A stretch of 63,542 nt of DNA, the filler included, from Reticulomyxa filosa (lineage: Eukaryota; Protista; Foraminifera), in the NCBI GenBank assembly GCA_000512085.1. It is 20 parts of 20 records of this genome, joined end to end, with 100 filler letters (N's around TTAATTAATTAA, not from the genome) between each part and the next. Parts side by side here need not be neighbours in the genome. Positions count along the whole stretch, not along the records: positions 1 to 6,627 come from ASPP01024186.1; positions 6,728 to 9,562 come from ASPP01004701.1; positions 9,663 to 18,089 come from ASPP01018946.1; 17 more parts are not named here. The stretch is one strand, 5' to 3'. The stretch's first letter is position 1; the number at the start of each line of letters is the position of its first letter. Below are positions 1 through 12,289 of the stretch, one piece after another. Under the pieces are notes generated by a model. The model did no database searches and was not told the origin of the DNA. It saw only the letters and a list, made by a program, of their open reading frames with translations. A program made the position numbers and the translations under genes.

Positions 1-22
1 AAAAAAAAAAAAAAACTCGCAC

Positions 23-943
23 CGAAAAAATAGATGGTACTGCCGACAAATTGTCCTCCACAAGAAATGCCTTGAAACATGCGCAATAGCAACAGCAGCA
101 AGCACGCAGCGACACTAATGCGATCGTATGTGGGCAATAATCCCATCCCCGTTGTTGCAAACAACATTAACAGTATCGATAAATTTATACTCACTTTACG
201 TCCGTATTTGTCACTTTTTTTTTATATTCATTTTTTTTGTTTTGTGTTTTGGCCTGTCAACTTTTGTTCACTTTAATTAGACACGCTTGCAACAGACAAA
301 CAAACAGACAAATGAGGAAAAAAAAAAGGAGTATATCAAGTGTTTGCAAATGACGCAATATTAAATGAATCGTGTATGGGAAGGGAGGGAAACACACAAA
401 TTGACGTACCCAATCCATCCAAAGAGCATTCCGCCAAAAGGCCTGGCCATAAACGCCACACTAAATATCCCATACGTTCCCAACACGCGGGCAAACGACG
501 ATTGATTTGAAGGAAAGAAATTTTTTGAAATGGGGTCAGTTAAATACCCAAATACTGTGAAATCATACTTTTTTTTAAAAAAATAATTTCATTTGAGTTG
601 AAATGTACAAAAGTTCGTCCTGGGCCTTTTTGTTTCTCTCGTCTCCCTTCTCCCCTCTCAAACACAATTCACAGATTGGTTAAACCAATGCCCTTTCACA
701 CCCATTCTAGAACGTTTCCTGCCAACCTGGATAACAATATTGTCATGTTTATTATTGTCAATGCCGTTTTTTTTTGAACCAAATTTATAAAAGTGCAAAA
801 TTCAAAAAGCAACAACACAACGTTTAACGAATTGGTAATTCATTTTACCCAGCTATCAGTTGCTTCATGGTTAGCTTTTTTTCGGACGTGTGCGGTTCTG
901 TTTTGGCGGCTTCATCATCAGAAATGAGATTTGAAGAATGCAT
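23..943 (-). CDS. MFS transporter, metabolite:H+ symporter (MHS; ProP/KgtP-like) family, 5' part. Exons 943-849, 726-702, 567-410, 213-23; continues off contig
   Basis: Absent from the ORF track. Manual GT-AG splicing gives MHSSNL...KQLIAG|LAGNVLEW|YDFTVFGYLTDPISKNFFP...FSVAFMARPFGGMLFGWIG|DKYGRKVSINLSILLMLFATTGMGLLPTYDRI...LRMFQGISCGGQFVGS. These match the MHS signatures GNxLEWYDF, RPxGG..G..GDxxGRK, GLLPTY and RxxQGxxxGG. Confidence 0.92.
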
Positions 944-1371
944 TTCACTAAAAGCAAATGCTTCTTATCTTACAATTTTTTAATATATTCCCCTTAAATT
1001 TTTGAAAGACCGCAGCACTGACTAAACTTTTAAATTATTCTTTATTTTGTTTGTTTTTCCTTGTTCAATTGCCACTCTCTTAATTTGGCGTTTAAGACAT
1101 CAGATCTGCGATTACTATGAAGTATTCTACCATCTGAAATGAGAATGTCATCCACAAATTGAAAAGACTATCAATGCATGTAAATAAACCCTCTAAAAAA
1201 AAAAGATTATAAATACCCTCCCACAGATAATATTTATTTCCTGTTCTCCATTCCTCTTTTTTTTTTTCCTCCACTCCAAAATTCTTCCTTTCAAATTGTT
1301 CAGTATTACCCTCATTCAAAAAATGAAATCTTTTTCAGTTATCAAAAGAATGTTGCTTATGCGGACACAGG

Positions 1372-3871
1372 TCACAACTCTCCGTTGACTGTGTCCAGAA
1401 CAAAATTCAAAAAGTTGTGGACGTTGCATGAGGCTCCAAATACTTTGTAATCTTGCAGCCAAGTGTACAAGCACTTATCCACGAGTTCCTGAGAAAATCC
1501 TCTTTCAACTGCTGTGTCACGAATCATTTCTATTCACACATACGCACAAAAAAAGGGGTCATAGTTGATGTTTTTTTTAAAAAAGATTTTGAGCAGCTCT
1601 AAAAAAAAAACACAACTGATTTCTTGAATTTTGTCGTTTCCGGTGGCCTCATAAAGCGAGTAAGAACTAGTGCTCACGTTGGCAGTTTTGGGTTTTGTAT
1701 TCTTGCGTACAGTATGATTTGTTCGACTTGCAACAGACTGCCCCGTACTTGAAATGGACAACGACGAGGATGAAAATGCTTTGTTCGCTTGCAATAATAA
1801 ATGAACAGACAAACATGCCTTTCACTTCCAAAAAAAAAAAAAAAAAAAACAAAAAAAGGGTAACGTACCAGTGGAGCCACTTTGTTTTTTGGAGTGTGTT
1901 GAACGGTGCACATCCTCCTTACCAGGGTCGATGTTTCTCTCCGAAATATTGTCAAGAGCAGATATTGAAAGTGATGTTCGCTGGTCATTTTCATGTTCTA
2001 GTTTCTATGTCAAAAAATTCACCAAAAGGATTATATACACGTATATATATATGTATGTGCATGTGTAACAATAAATAAGCACGAAAGTCTTAACAGTAGT
2101 GTGTATGTTGGAAGGATTGATAGGAGGACGTATATGGTGCAAGTCACGAGCACTGTGAAACAAGATTTGTTTTTCGTCAAGGAGATTGGAGGCAAGAAGT
2201 GATGCATTTGTGGAGGATGGACGAGACGGATAATGCGGTAGCGAGTGACAACGTAAGGGGACAGTTGTGGCGACATTGGAGTCACGGAAATTGTTTTCTT
2301 TGTTATTGTCGTTCGCAGTGAACACACCATGGCGTTTGGAAATAATGTTTCTTTTGTTGTAATCGTCTTTGTCATGGCCTGCATAACCAACTGCGCATTC
2401 CAAATAACTAGTCTTACTGGCTCCATTGCCATTATTGCCATTATTACCACTGCTTCCATTATTATTGTTCACGTTGGTGCATTTGGTCACATCCGAAGTA
2501 CAAGGTACACACGACAAAGATTTGGAGTCACCGCCATTGCCAGTATTTCCGCTGGTCACTGTGTGAATGCGATTCAACATCATGCACTCTCGAGCTTGCT
2601 CTTTATTTTTCTATGTATTTATATTTATTTATTTCCATAGATATGCATATATATATATATATATGTACATATATATGTATATATATAAAAAATACATATA
2701 TTGTATATGTACATATATTGTATATGTACATATATTGTATATGTGTATATATTTAAAAAAAACAACTTGATGCATTTCCGAATCTTTGTGCAGATTCATG
2801 ATATGTGCATTGCGAAAGGACGGGATCCCACACGTGGGACAGCCTCGGTTGAGCCTTTCGGAGAGCTTTTCTCGTTTTGTGGGTTCCCTTCGCATGGGCT
2901 TTTGACACGTGTATTTAATGGCAGCAAAGTTGGACCTGGATTTGAAATTCCATTGTTTGCGAAAGTCGCGATTGTTCCAATGATGAGCGGGGATCCTTAC
3001 ACTATTGTACAAAATGCCTTTCACCGATGTGCTTTCATATGACACCTGCCAGTGCTTTTGCTGATGATGCGGATAGCGGATGGCCTCCAAAGGCGGGATA
3101 CACTCGGGCAGCTTTGCGGGCACGCCCGTTTTGGCATAGTCCACCGCACAAGAGTGTGCCATTGCCAATTGCACGCACTCGGAAGAGCCCACGCCCAGAT
3201 CGCTCGCGTCGGCCAATGCCTCGTGCATCTCTGCTATTATCCCAACGCTGTCATTGATTTGATAGTCGAGCCAATACTTGCCACACATGCGCATATCCAC
3301 ATATCGATCCAATTCGAGAGGGGTGTCACTGTCGTATTCCATGCACGGTATCACTATACATACATATATGTGTGTATGTATATGTATTTACTTATCCATT
3401 GATTTATTTATTTATACAAAATAGTTGATACCATCGACAGGCAATAAATCCTCTGCCATCACACACAAGAAATCATCGCCATCCAAATCGCCACCAGACA
3501 ATTGATGGACTTGGGCAGTGTTGCACGAGCTATTGGCGCTGAACACCAACACTTCGCCGTCAAACATCTCGTCCAGCTCGCGGATGTACACGCAATCGAA
3601 GAGGCGATACGACCCGGGATGCAAACACGGGTTCTTCATCAGTCCAATGCTCCCTTTATGGATGTAGTACTCGGGCTTCTCTTTCCCACACTTTACACAC
3701 GCCACACAGTTCCAGTTGTTTAGCGTCGTGCATTGTCCGCACGTAAAGTCTTGTGTCTCTGGGATTTTCACTTTCAAAAACACTTCCTTTTCTGTCAATA
3801 GGCCTTGCATATCCGCTACTCCAGCCAATCGAACATTTGGCCATGGAAGCTTTCAATACAAATATAAAATA

Positions 3872-3902
<31 letters not shown>

Positions 3903-4773
3903 ATACAAATATATATTTATATATACATATATATATATACTTGTATTTTAAATTTAGCTTTCAATCCACCCCACAATCCTCGGAGAATCCCTTGCAAGTC
4001 GGTAGTGTCTTTTTCATTCAATCGTTGCTGATTGTACGAATAGCTCAACAGTCGACGCAAAAAGATCTCTTCGACCTTCAGTCGCATGCTCAGGAACACG
4101 CACGTGTCCATATACAGCCTGCGCTCTTCATTCGTCACCGGCACGCGATAAATGTTATTCTTCCGGCCGTATTGCGCCACCAGTTGCGTCAAGTTCGCCT
4201 GCGCCTTTTTGCACACCGTCTCCATGTGCAGCAACTCGTTCATAAATCCATTTTGGTATTTACGCAACACTCCGAGGATGCGAGACTTGACCGATTCTTG
4301 CAATCGAAACGATTGTGCCTCTTTGAAATTCTTTTTCATATCCTTCATTGTCAGCGCCAAAGAGGAAACAGATATTACATTACATGTATATATAACTCTC
4401 ATAATGTTTTAAGCAAAATGAAAAGAAAAGTGCAAACCTGAAAGAAATGCTCTGGCAAGCCTTGGAAGCGAATGATATTGTGAAAGATGACGTGATTGAC
4501 AAACTCACGATTCATCATGCACGGCGACGACCGACATGCCTTTTTGATTTCCAGCTGCTTTTGCGTATCGGTCATAAACTTGTGGCAGGACTTGGTCAAA
4601 ATGATGCGAGGTTTGAAGTTGCGCGAGGGCCTGTTTGTCCGTACTGCATCTTCTCGGACCAGCTTTTCCATCAACGCTGCCGATGCGGACATCATTTGCG
4701 TTTTCGCTCCGCCAATCCGAACCAACATCGACGCGACATATTTTGTAAAATAGATTTCTTCTAAATCCTTTAT

Positions 4774-4817
<44 letters not shown>

Positions 4818-6518
4818 GTATATATACATATATTATATAAAAAATAAAACTGCTTCCAAAATTAATGAACATCCATCAGTTAATAGCTTTCCATCTTTGG
4901 CTCGAATGTCCTCGATGATTTCAATATCGGATTCGTCATAAATAGCACCAGGAGTGCCCTTGCTCATAAACAAGTGGAAGCGATCCATTTTCTTTCCAAT
5001 GTTGCGTTCGTTGGACAAACGGGCAATGTCGGCGCGGACGCGATTGGCATCGTAGCCTTTGACCAGCTCCGCCTTCATCCAAGTCTTTGCGTCGCGCACT
5101 TGCTTATTGCCAAAGAACAAAAACTCGTACAACACTCCTGCCAAGGGCAAGCCCTGTTCCAAAACTCGCCACGCGCGGAGTCGCCCGCAATGTCCGAGCT
5201 TGAATTGGTCTTTGTGTGTTGATCTTTGCATCGTCAACTCGTCCACAAACTCAATCCTCAAAAAGTCATCCGGAGGACTGTATTGCTTCAGACGGAACAT
5301 CCTTGTCGACTCTTCTTCTCCGATTTCCAAGTTATATCGCAGCGGCGTTATTGCTACACGTTTAATCCACACATGTTCCGCGTGAGTATTTCCATTTCGT
5401 TTCTGCTTCAATCGACGGAAGTTGTGCGTTGTCCACTGCAGCGAATGATAGAACAGCTACACAGTATATGCATATGTATATTAGTATATTGAACAAATTT
5501 TTTAGAAACACCCAAAAAAAAAAAACTTTTGCTTACTCAGCACAATTTTCGGATTTTTTTTTTTTGTTTTTCTCTCTAAGCAAAAAAAAAAAAAGTTAAC
5601 TTCCAGCGCGGGAAGAATATCATTGATTTTTTTGGTGGGAGGAGCAGAAGTAGAATAGCTGTCAAAGCAGACATTATCTCGGATCTGACGATACTCCTCG
5701 CTTCTGCAAGCGTGCATTAATGCTTGCCACACGATTTCTTGAGGCGGAGTGAGAGACTCTTCCGTGGGCACGTGCGCATTTACAAACAAGGAACTGTTGC
5801 TGTTGGTAGTTATTTTGTCCAATTTAAAGTCGTCTTCGTTTCCCTTTGGCAGTCTTTTGTCCATGCTTTTTTTGTTGGAGTTGAGAGTGGTGGCGACAAT
5901 GGCGGAAGAAGAGAAGGAAGAGGAAGAAAAAGCCAATAAATGAGGGGGGATTTCGGTATGCATAGCCAAAGACAGCTTTTCATCCATCATTTCTTGGAAC
6001 ATACAATCAAAAAACATTTCCGGAGTGTCGGACTCATCATTGAACAGATCTTCGGGGATGAACACAGGGGGGAAATTGTGCAGACAAGCCTCCAGAGCGT
6101 ATGCAACGTTGTGTGCATTCATTACATTCAAGTCATGCAAATGTCGTTTCAAACGCACCACACTCCCACACTCACTTCGCGCGTATTTGAATGGTGGATA
6201 GTAGTATTCACATCCATTGCCATTGACATTGTTGTTGCTATTGCTATTACTGTTGATGTCTTCTATTGCTGTTATGTTCCTCGGACTTGGACATTTTTCG
6301 GAACGTTTCTCCGAGTTGCTAGGGCCCACACCATCGCCGGAGGACGGCATCAGTCCGAGTTTTTTCGTTCCCATCGCCACATGTTTGGCGGCTGTCACCG
6401 TGCAAAACTCCAGCGGCACTTGCGCCTTTCCTACGTACTCGGAATGCACTTCGTTGATTCGGTCTTGGTCCACTCGCATTTGTCGCAACGCATGGACAAA
6501 CCTTTCAGGCACCGTTTT
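1372..6518 (-). CDS. Eukaryotic (RNAi-type) RNA-dependent RNA polymerase, multi-exon, 5'-partial
   Basis: RdRP motifs appear in order across the exons: RVAITP, FLRIEFVDE, YEFLFFGNKQVR, LLTDGC, RIGGAK, MNREF, GVADMQGLL, KNPCLHPG, catalytic SGGDLDGD (DLDGD at 3475-3489), HSCAVDYAKTG, SYESTSVKGILY. Joining of the low-complexity 3' exons and the stop at 1372-1374 is inferred. Confidence 0.93.
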
Positions 6519-6593
6519 CTTTTTTAATACAATTTTTTTTTTCAATTAAAAATAGTTTATAATTTGCTTCGTCAGCCAATTGTCCCAAATACA

Positions 6594-6627
<34 letters not shown>

Positions 6628-6727
6628 NNNNNNNNNNNNNNNNNNNNNNNNNNNNNNNNNNNNNNNNNNNNTTAATTAATTAANNNNNNNNNNNNNNNNN
6701 NNNNNNNNNNNNNNNNNNNNNNNNNNN
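6628..6727. other. Artificial contig linker N44-TTAATTAATTAA-N44. First of 19; others start at 9563, 18090, 19528, 22185, 23744, 25515, 29712, 32375, 33867, 35339, 37844, 42059, 48417, 49517, 54666, 56843, 60028, 62287
   Basis: Identical 100-bp spacer with a core that has stops in all six frames. Composition and gene content change abruptly across each one. Confidence 0.99.
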
Positions 6728-8497
6728 CATGGAGAAAATCAATTATCATCATATGATATCGTTTTAAGAGTTAAGTTTTCTTTGCAACCTACTGTAGTAA
6801 TGTAACTAAATGGTAATTTTCATTAAAAACAATCTTACCACAAAAAAATATCAGTTATTATGCTTTTGAATTAACTTCACTTAACTGGCATTAGACAAAA
6901 AAAAACCAAAAAACAAATGATAAGTAAAGATAAAGCAAACAGTAGTCAAAAACCATTATACATTCACAATGTACAAACTTTGCAAAATAACATTAAATTC
7001 TGCAAAAAAATTGAGTTTTCTCAAAAACTACTCAACATAGAAGACTAATCTTTTTTTTACAAATATCTACGCATTGAGGACTTTCTGAAAATGCTTAAAA
7101 AAAAGTTGTCAAGTTTCATTGTTACGACATAAGCACGATTGTCAACTTTTTCTCGAAAATTTTCAAAATCAATAAAATGTTCAAATTTTTTAAACAATTA
7201 TTAAGATTTAATAAAAAACCAAAATGATATTTAAAAAATGCACGATTTGTAGATTTTTTTTAAAAATTAGGTCTGAATGTTGTTTTTTCATGTAGAAAAT
7301 CAATCACTCTATAAGGTGCTGTTTTAAGTGTCAACTTTACTTTGCAATATACTGTATTATCGTGACCTTTTATTTTTTCATTATCTCTATTAAAAAAAAA
7401 TTAAACATTATTTTTGCATATTTGTTCAAGACCAAAAACAATCTAACAATAATAATATTTTTTGATTTAGAAAAAAAAAAATCTGATAGTCACAAACTGT
7501 ACGTCGACTGGCAACCTCCCAGATGATTCAACAATCAGACCGTGTTTTACACGATCATGAGGTAGTATAAAACATGGTTAATGCATTGACCCTATACCTG
7601 AAGTAATTTTTCATGCAACAAACTTCTTTTTTTCAAAAGGGACTTACTTACATTTAGTTTTTTCTAAAAAAAAGCAGTTAAAACATAAATGATTGCAAAT
7701 CTTTTGATGTGAAAAAACGCAAAGATAGTTATCAAAGGTGAAATAACGAGACCCAAACCAAAGTGAATTTATTCAAACAGTACAAAATTTTCTTTTTTTT
7801 GAGAGATTACACAACACGTTCTTTCAGGTTCGTTTACTTATTTGTTTTATTTATGAGACTTTCAAGTAATCTATCATATTTTGTTCAAATTTTATTTTTT
7901 AAATTCGCTTTCACAATTGCCAGAAAAACATAATCGCGTTCAGCACAATACAAAAAACAAAAAGAATAATTTTTCATTACCATTTCTTTTTCAAAAATTA
8001 TCAAAAAAGTTACGAGTAATAGTTTAAATTGATCGTTTGTAAGGTAAAACCTATGATACATTTTATGGCCGAGATGCAAGCTTCCACTAAATTAAAACAT
8101 ACTTTTCTATAAACCGTTATGTTTGTATGAGACAGTTCAACATCAATTTACAAATATAGAAGAAAATATTAGACAATGAAGATAGCTAATGAATATATTG
8201 AAATGTAAACATTAACAGCCACTTTTTTTATTATAACTAGGGTAACTTGTAATTTTGATAAAAATGTTTACAATTGTCATGTGATTTGAAGTTAAACGAG
8301 TCAAACATCATTTAGAATGACAATAAACGAGGTTGGAGCTGATTCTCACAACAAAAAAATTCAACTAATTGTTTTTATTTTGTAATAATGATTGGAAAGG
8401 AAAAAAATAATTTTTTGTGAAAAAGTTAATAAGATCCAAGAATTGACGATGATAAAACATGAGTGAATTTGTACGAAACACCATTTGCGGTTGATTG

Positions 8498-9562
8498 TTA
8501 CTCATCATCATACCACCTTTCTAATTGTTTTAAAAACTGTTGGACATCAGGTTGAAGAGGAGAAGCATTGCGATCTTTGTTGGATTGAGTCGAATTAGAT
8601 GGTGCATGAATATCGTGCAAATCAGTGTTGATATTTTCAGTATCAGTAGCACTAGTTTTGTGTGTGGAACGAGAATGGGAATGTCTGTCAAACATGGAAA
8701 CGAGAGTATAAGGATTGGATTGAATATCTCCAACATTCAATTCATGAAAACTAACAAGAGGTTGAGACGTGTGAGAATGAGAGGAAGTGTGTGTATGGCG
8801 ATCGTTTGTGGATGGAAGAGGAGCAAGGGATGAAGAACTAGCATGTGAGTATTCGGACTTCATTTGTTGGATATATTGAGTCAAATAATGAATAGAGTCA
8901 TCTTTGATTCCCTCAAGATCAGATATGGACACAGCATGTTTGCGATTGGAATGAGTTTGCGTCCAGTCCTCCATAATCTGTTGCAATTCGATCATAGCAA
9001 CGAGAGTGGACTTTGGTCCGAACAGGCTATCAATGAACTCTAATTGGGTTTTCCATTCGCCCAGCATGGTGTATTGAACTTGTTCCATATGCATCCGTTC
9101 TTGTCTCTCTTTGACAAACAGCCCAGACCAAGAGAAAGGAAAATGATCGCGTTTTTTAATAAGATTCGGCCGGCATACTTTTGTAACGGAAGCATCGACG
9201 TCGCGTAAAAACTCGTCAATGTATGCGTAGTGCGATCTTGGCAAAGAGAATACTTTGGAGTCCGTCTGCACTGGCTCCATTTCTTTTATCTCCACTACTT
9301 TGTCAGTGGATTGCAAAGGCATGTCTTTGGTGTCATCCACGAGCTGGCCCATCCAATGTTTAATGTAATCCAAATCGCAAAACTTGCGATACCATCGTTG
9401 GTGCTTGGCTTCCAACGTCTTGTCTTTGAACTTCTCTTCATCCGATATCCGTTTGCGAAAGTCATTTAACATCAGTTTGGGGAATGTCACAGGGTCCAAG
9501 TTTTCGGCTACTAATGCCGACATCATTTCATTTGGAGAAGAGAAGAGCATCGACGACGACGA
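8498..9562 (-). CDS. Hypothetical protein, 3' part (open to contig end)
   Basis: Open frame of ~350 aa, more GC-rich than its flanks, protein-like composition. No family recognised. Confidence 0.7.
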   Translation of the reverse strand, partial: SSSSMLFSSPNEMMSALVAENLDPVTFPKLMLNDFRKRISDEEKFKDKTLEAKHQRWYRKFCDLDYIKHWMGQLVDDTKDMPLQSTDKVVEIKEMEPVQTDSKVFSLPRSHYAYIDEFLRDVDASVTKVCRPNLIKKRDHFPFSWSGLFVKERQERMHMEQVQYTMLGEWKTQLEFIDSLFGPKSTLVAMIELQQIMEDWTQTHSNRKHAVSISDLEGIKDDSIHYLTQYIQQMKSEYSHASSSSLAPLPSTNDRHTHTSSHSHTSQPLVSFHELNVGDIQSNPYTLVSMFDRHSHSRSTHKTSATDTENINTDLHDIHAPSNSTQSNKDRNASPLQPDVQQFLKQLERWYDDE

Positions 9563-11009
9563 NNNNNNNNNNNNNNNNNNNNNNNNNNNNNNNNNNNNNN
9601 NNNNNNTTAATTAATTAANNNNNNNNNNNNNNNNNNNNNNNNNNNNNNNNNNNNNNNNNNNNTTTTTGGTAAAATACCTCAGTTTACTTAATCAAAATTG
9701 CAATAATAATTCACTTGAAATTTGTCGTAAATACAACAAATTCTTATTGTTCATAATTACCTTATTTGCCCTCTATCTTTGTCTACATATACCTTCTTAA
9801 AGCTTACTTTTATAAAGCGTTTTTTATCATTTATTTGAGGAAAAATTTATTAATTTGCAATTTGAATTATCATTGAAATATGTATGTAATGTTCCTTGAA
9901 TGTGTTAGGATATAGAAGTAGAAACAATCCAACATGAAAGATTATTTCACAAAAACTGTTTTTTTGTGTTCTTTTTATCATGTTTATTCTAAACTTGCTC
10001 GTGATAAAATGAATATCTAATCTCGTCAGTTCTAAAATGCAAAATATTATTGAGGAAAACATTCTGGCAAACATTAATGCAATTTTTGTCTTTTTTATCG
10101 TGTTTATTCATTAAAAACTCAAACTAACTTTTTGGAGTCGCTCGAATGAATGCAGAGTTTTTGTGGAGTCATTACAATTAATGTAGAGTTTTTTTTGGAG
10201 AAGAAACAAGTTAAATACGTGATTATCAATTTTTTTGTAATGAAATTGTATTGGCAATAGCTTTTTGATTTGATCAATAATTATTCCATTACCTAACTCA
10301 AATCCTTGCACTCGTTTTGTCTAGTGCACAAACTTTGACGAGGGCAATCAAAATATGCCTCTTTTACATGACGCTTTGAGTTTTTTCTGCCACTTGCTAA
10401 TGCTCACAGTTTCATATGACAATATGACAAAATGATCATTTTGCAAATCTAAAAAAATACGTACATTTTAAAAAATAATTTTTTCTTTTAAATTTACTCT
10501 TTTGCTTGTTAAAAAAAACAATATATATTATTTTGATTTCTTTGAACATTTATCAAACTCATTTTTCATTCAATGCTAAAATTATGTTTTGCAATTTGTT
10601 ATGACAAATTTTTCTAAATCTAAGTATGTGTTGTTGCTATTAGTGAGGGTGTTCTAAGATGGATAATAAATTGTTTTAAAACAATCATAGAAATCACAGA
10701 TTATTGTGTATTCTGCACTTATACATTGTTTTTCAAGTTTATGATCCCATTGCTTCGAATTGTTGAATATTACTGTACAAATTATCAAAAGAATAAATAG
10801 AATAGCACAGAATATCACCAACAAAACAACTCATTTGAAGTTATTAATTTTAGGTAAAACAAAAAAGAAACGACGTGCACACAGAAAGTGACAAAAATAA
10901 AAGACTTAATTTTGTTTCTGGTAATGGCAATTGTGTTGAAAAACAAACGACATGGATTCATTGGCAGGAGGTTTCAAATGGACGACATAAGTTTTGCTTT
11001 TTTTTTTTT

Positions 11010-11850
11010 AGCAATGCAATCCTCAGTGGTGACATCATGTGAATGTGACAACCAAGACTATATTATTGTGTTGTTGGGTGAAATTTGCTGAGTCAACAAA
11101 GTGTTTTTCCCCCATCCTCACCCAATTTCCAATGCGATAATCGTTGGTATCACTTTTTTTCATAGCTTGCTATTCGATTATTTGCCATGTGATCACTTTT
11201 TTGCACAGTGGAGACTTTGGTTGCATGTGCTTTCATATCAAGTCGCTTATGGATCAACTGGGATCAAGACCATGTCGTCCAGGACCATGCCCATGACCGA
11301 AGAAGAAGAACCACAATGTGAATAGATCCATTGCTACATTGCACTCACGTCGGACCACTTTTTGGTTAGTGAAGAAACTTCTTCATCTTTTTTTTCTTCT
11401 CTTGTCGTCATCGCATCGATGTCATCTTTGACAATTACATCATTTGTTTGAATCGCTGTGTTTTGGGGTCATTTTGGCATTTGCAATGCTTTGCGCAATG
11501 GCTCCCCAGAGTCGTTGCATCTTCTCTGACAATGGCACTTGCTTTGCACATGTTTGCAAACACTCCACAAAACTGTTGCAGTCATTATTGGCAACGAATA
11601 TTACTAACTGTGCTTTTATGTCGCTATCTCTTTCTGTGTTTTCGAGCGAAAATACACTGTCAATATACTCAGCGCCGCTTGCTGTTTTATTGTTTATAAT
11701 GCTCTGATTTGCCTTTGTCTCTCATCCCAAAAACAAGCTCAGCTGATCGTCTTCTTCATCACTTTCAGAGATTCTGAATATTGACATTGCTTTCAAACTC
11801 TGCATCTTTCTATCCCAAGACGCTGTCATGTTGGAAAAAGATATTGCTGT
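11010..11850 (-). pseudogene. Degraded coding-like segment
   Basis: More GC-rich island that reads as protein-like text (MTASWDRK...SLFLG*ETKANQ...) broken by stops and a frameshift. Confidence 0.3.
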
Positions 11851-12289
11851 CGATATCTAATTTAAAATTTGATCAGTCAAAATAATTTTGCTAGGAGACT
11901 GCCCAAAAAAGAAAAAACTAAACTTTTTTGTTTTTAAAGCGCGTATCACACTTTAATGTATTCTACCAAACAAAAGTGTGGTGATAAATAACAAATGATT
12001 GCTATTTCTACCAATCACTGCACGTAATCTTCTATAATTATCTTGGCCTCTTTATATCGTAATTTGATTATTGAAATTGTCTGTCAAAGGAATACATTGA
12101 TTAATATTTGTATTATTATTATTCCAAATACTTTCGTCATGGAGAAAATTGAATATCTTTAAAAATTATAGAATCAGATTGCAAAACAACGCATGCACGT
12201 TTACTACTTTTAAAATTGAGGGATATCACATTGCGAAGTACAAACACATTTTAGTAGAGTTGTATTTGCACATCTTACAATATGCAAGT

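Noticed and set aside
1372-6518. RdRP as viral or an endogenous viral element
   Set aside because: It has the DxDGD double-psi-barrel signature and spliceosomal introns. The GDD inside DLDGDD is not a viral palm motif C.
2329-6549. Numerous + strand ORFs opposite RdRP, and similar ORFs opposite other genes
   Set aside because: Antisense shadows of real exons, or IYIY/FFFF translations of intronic microsatellites.
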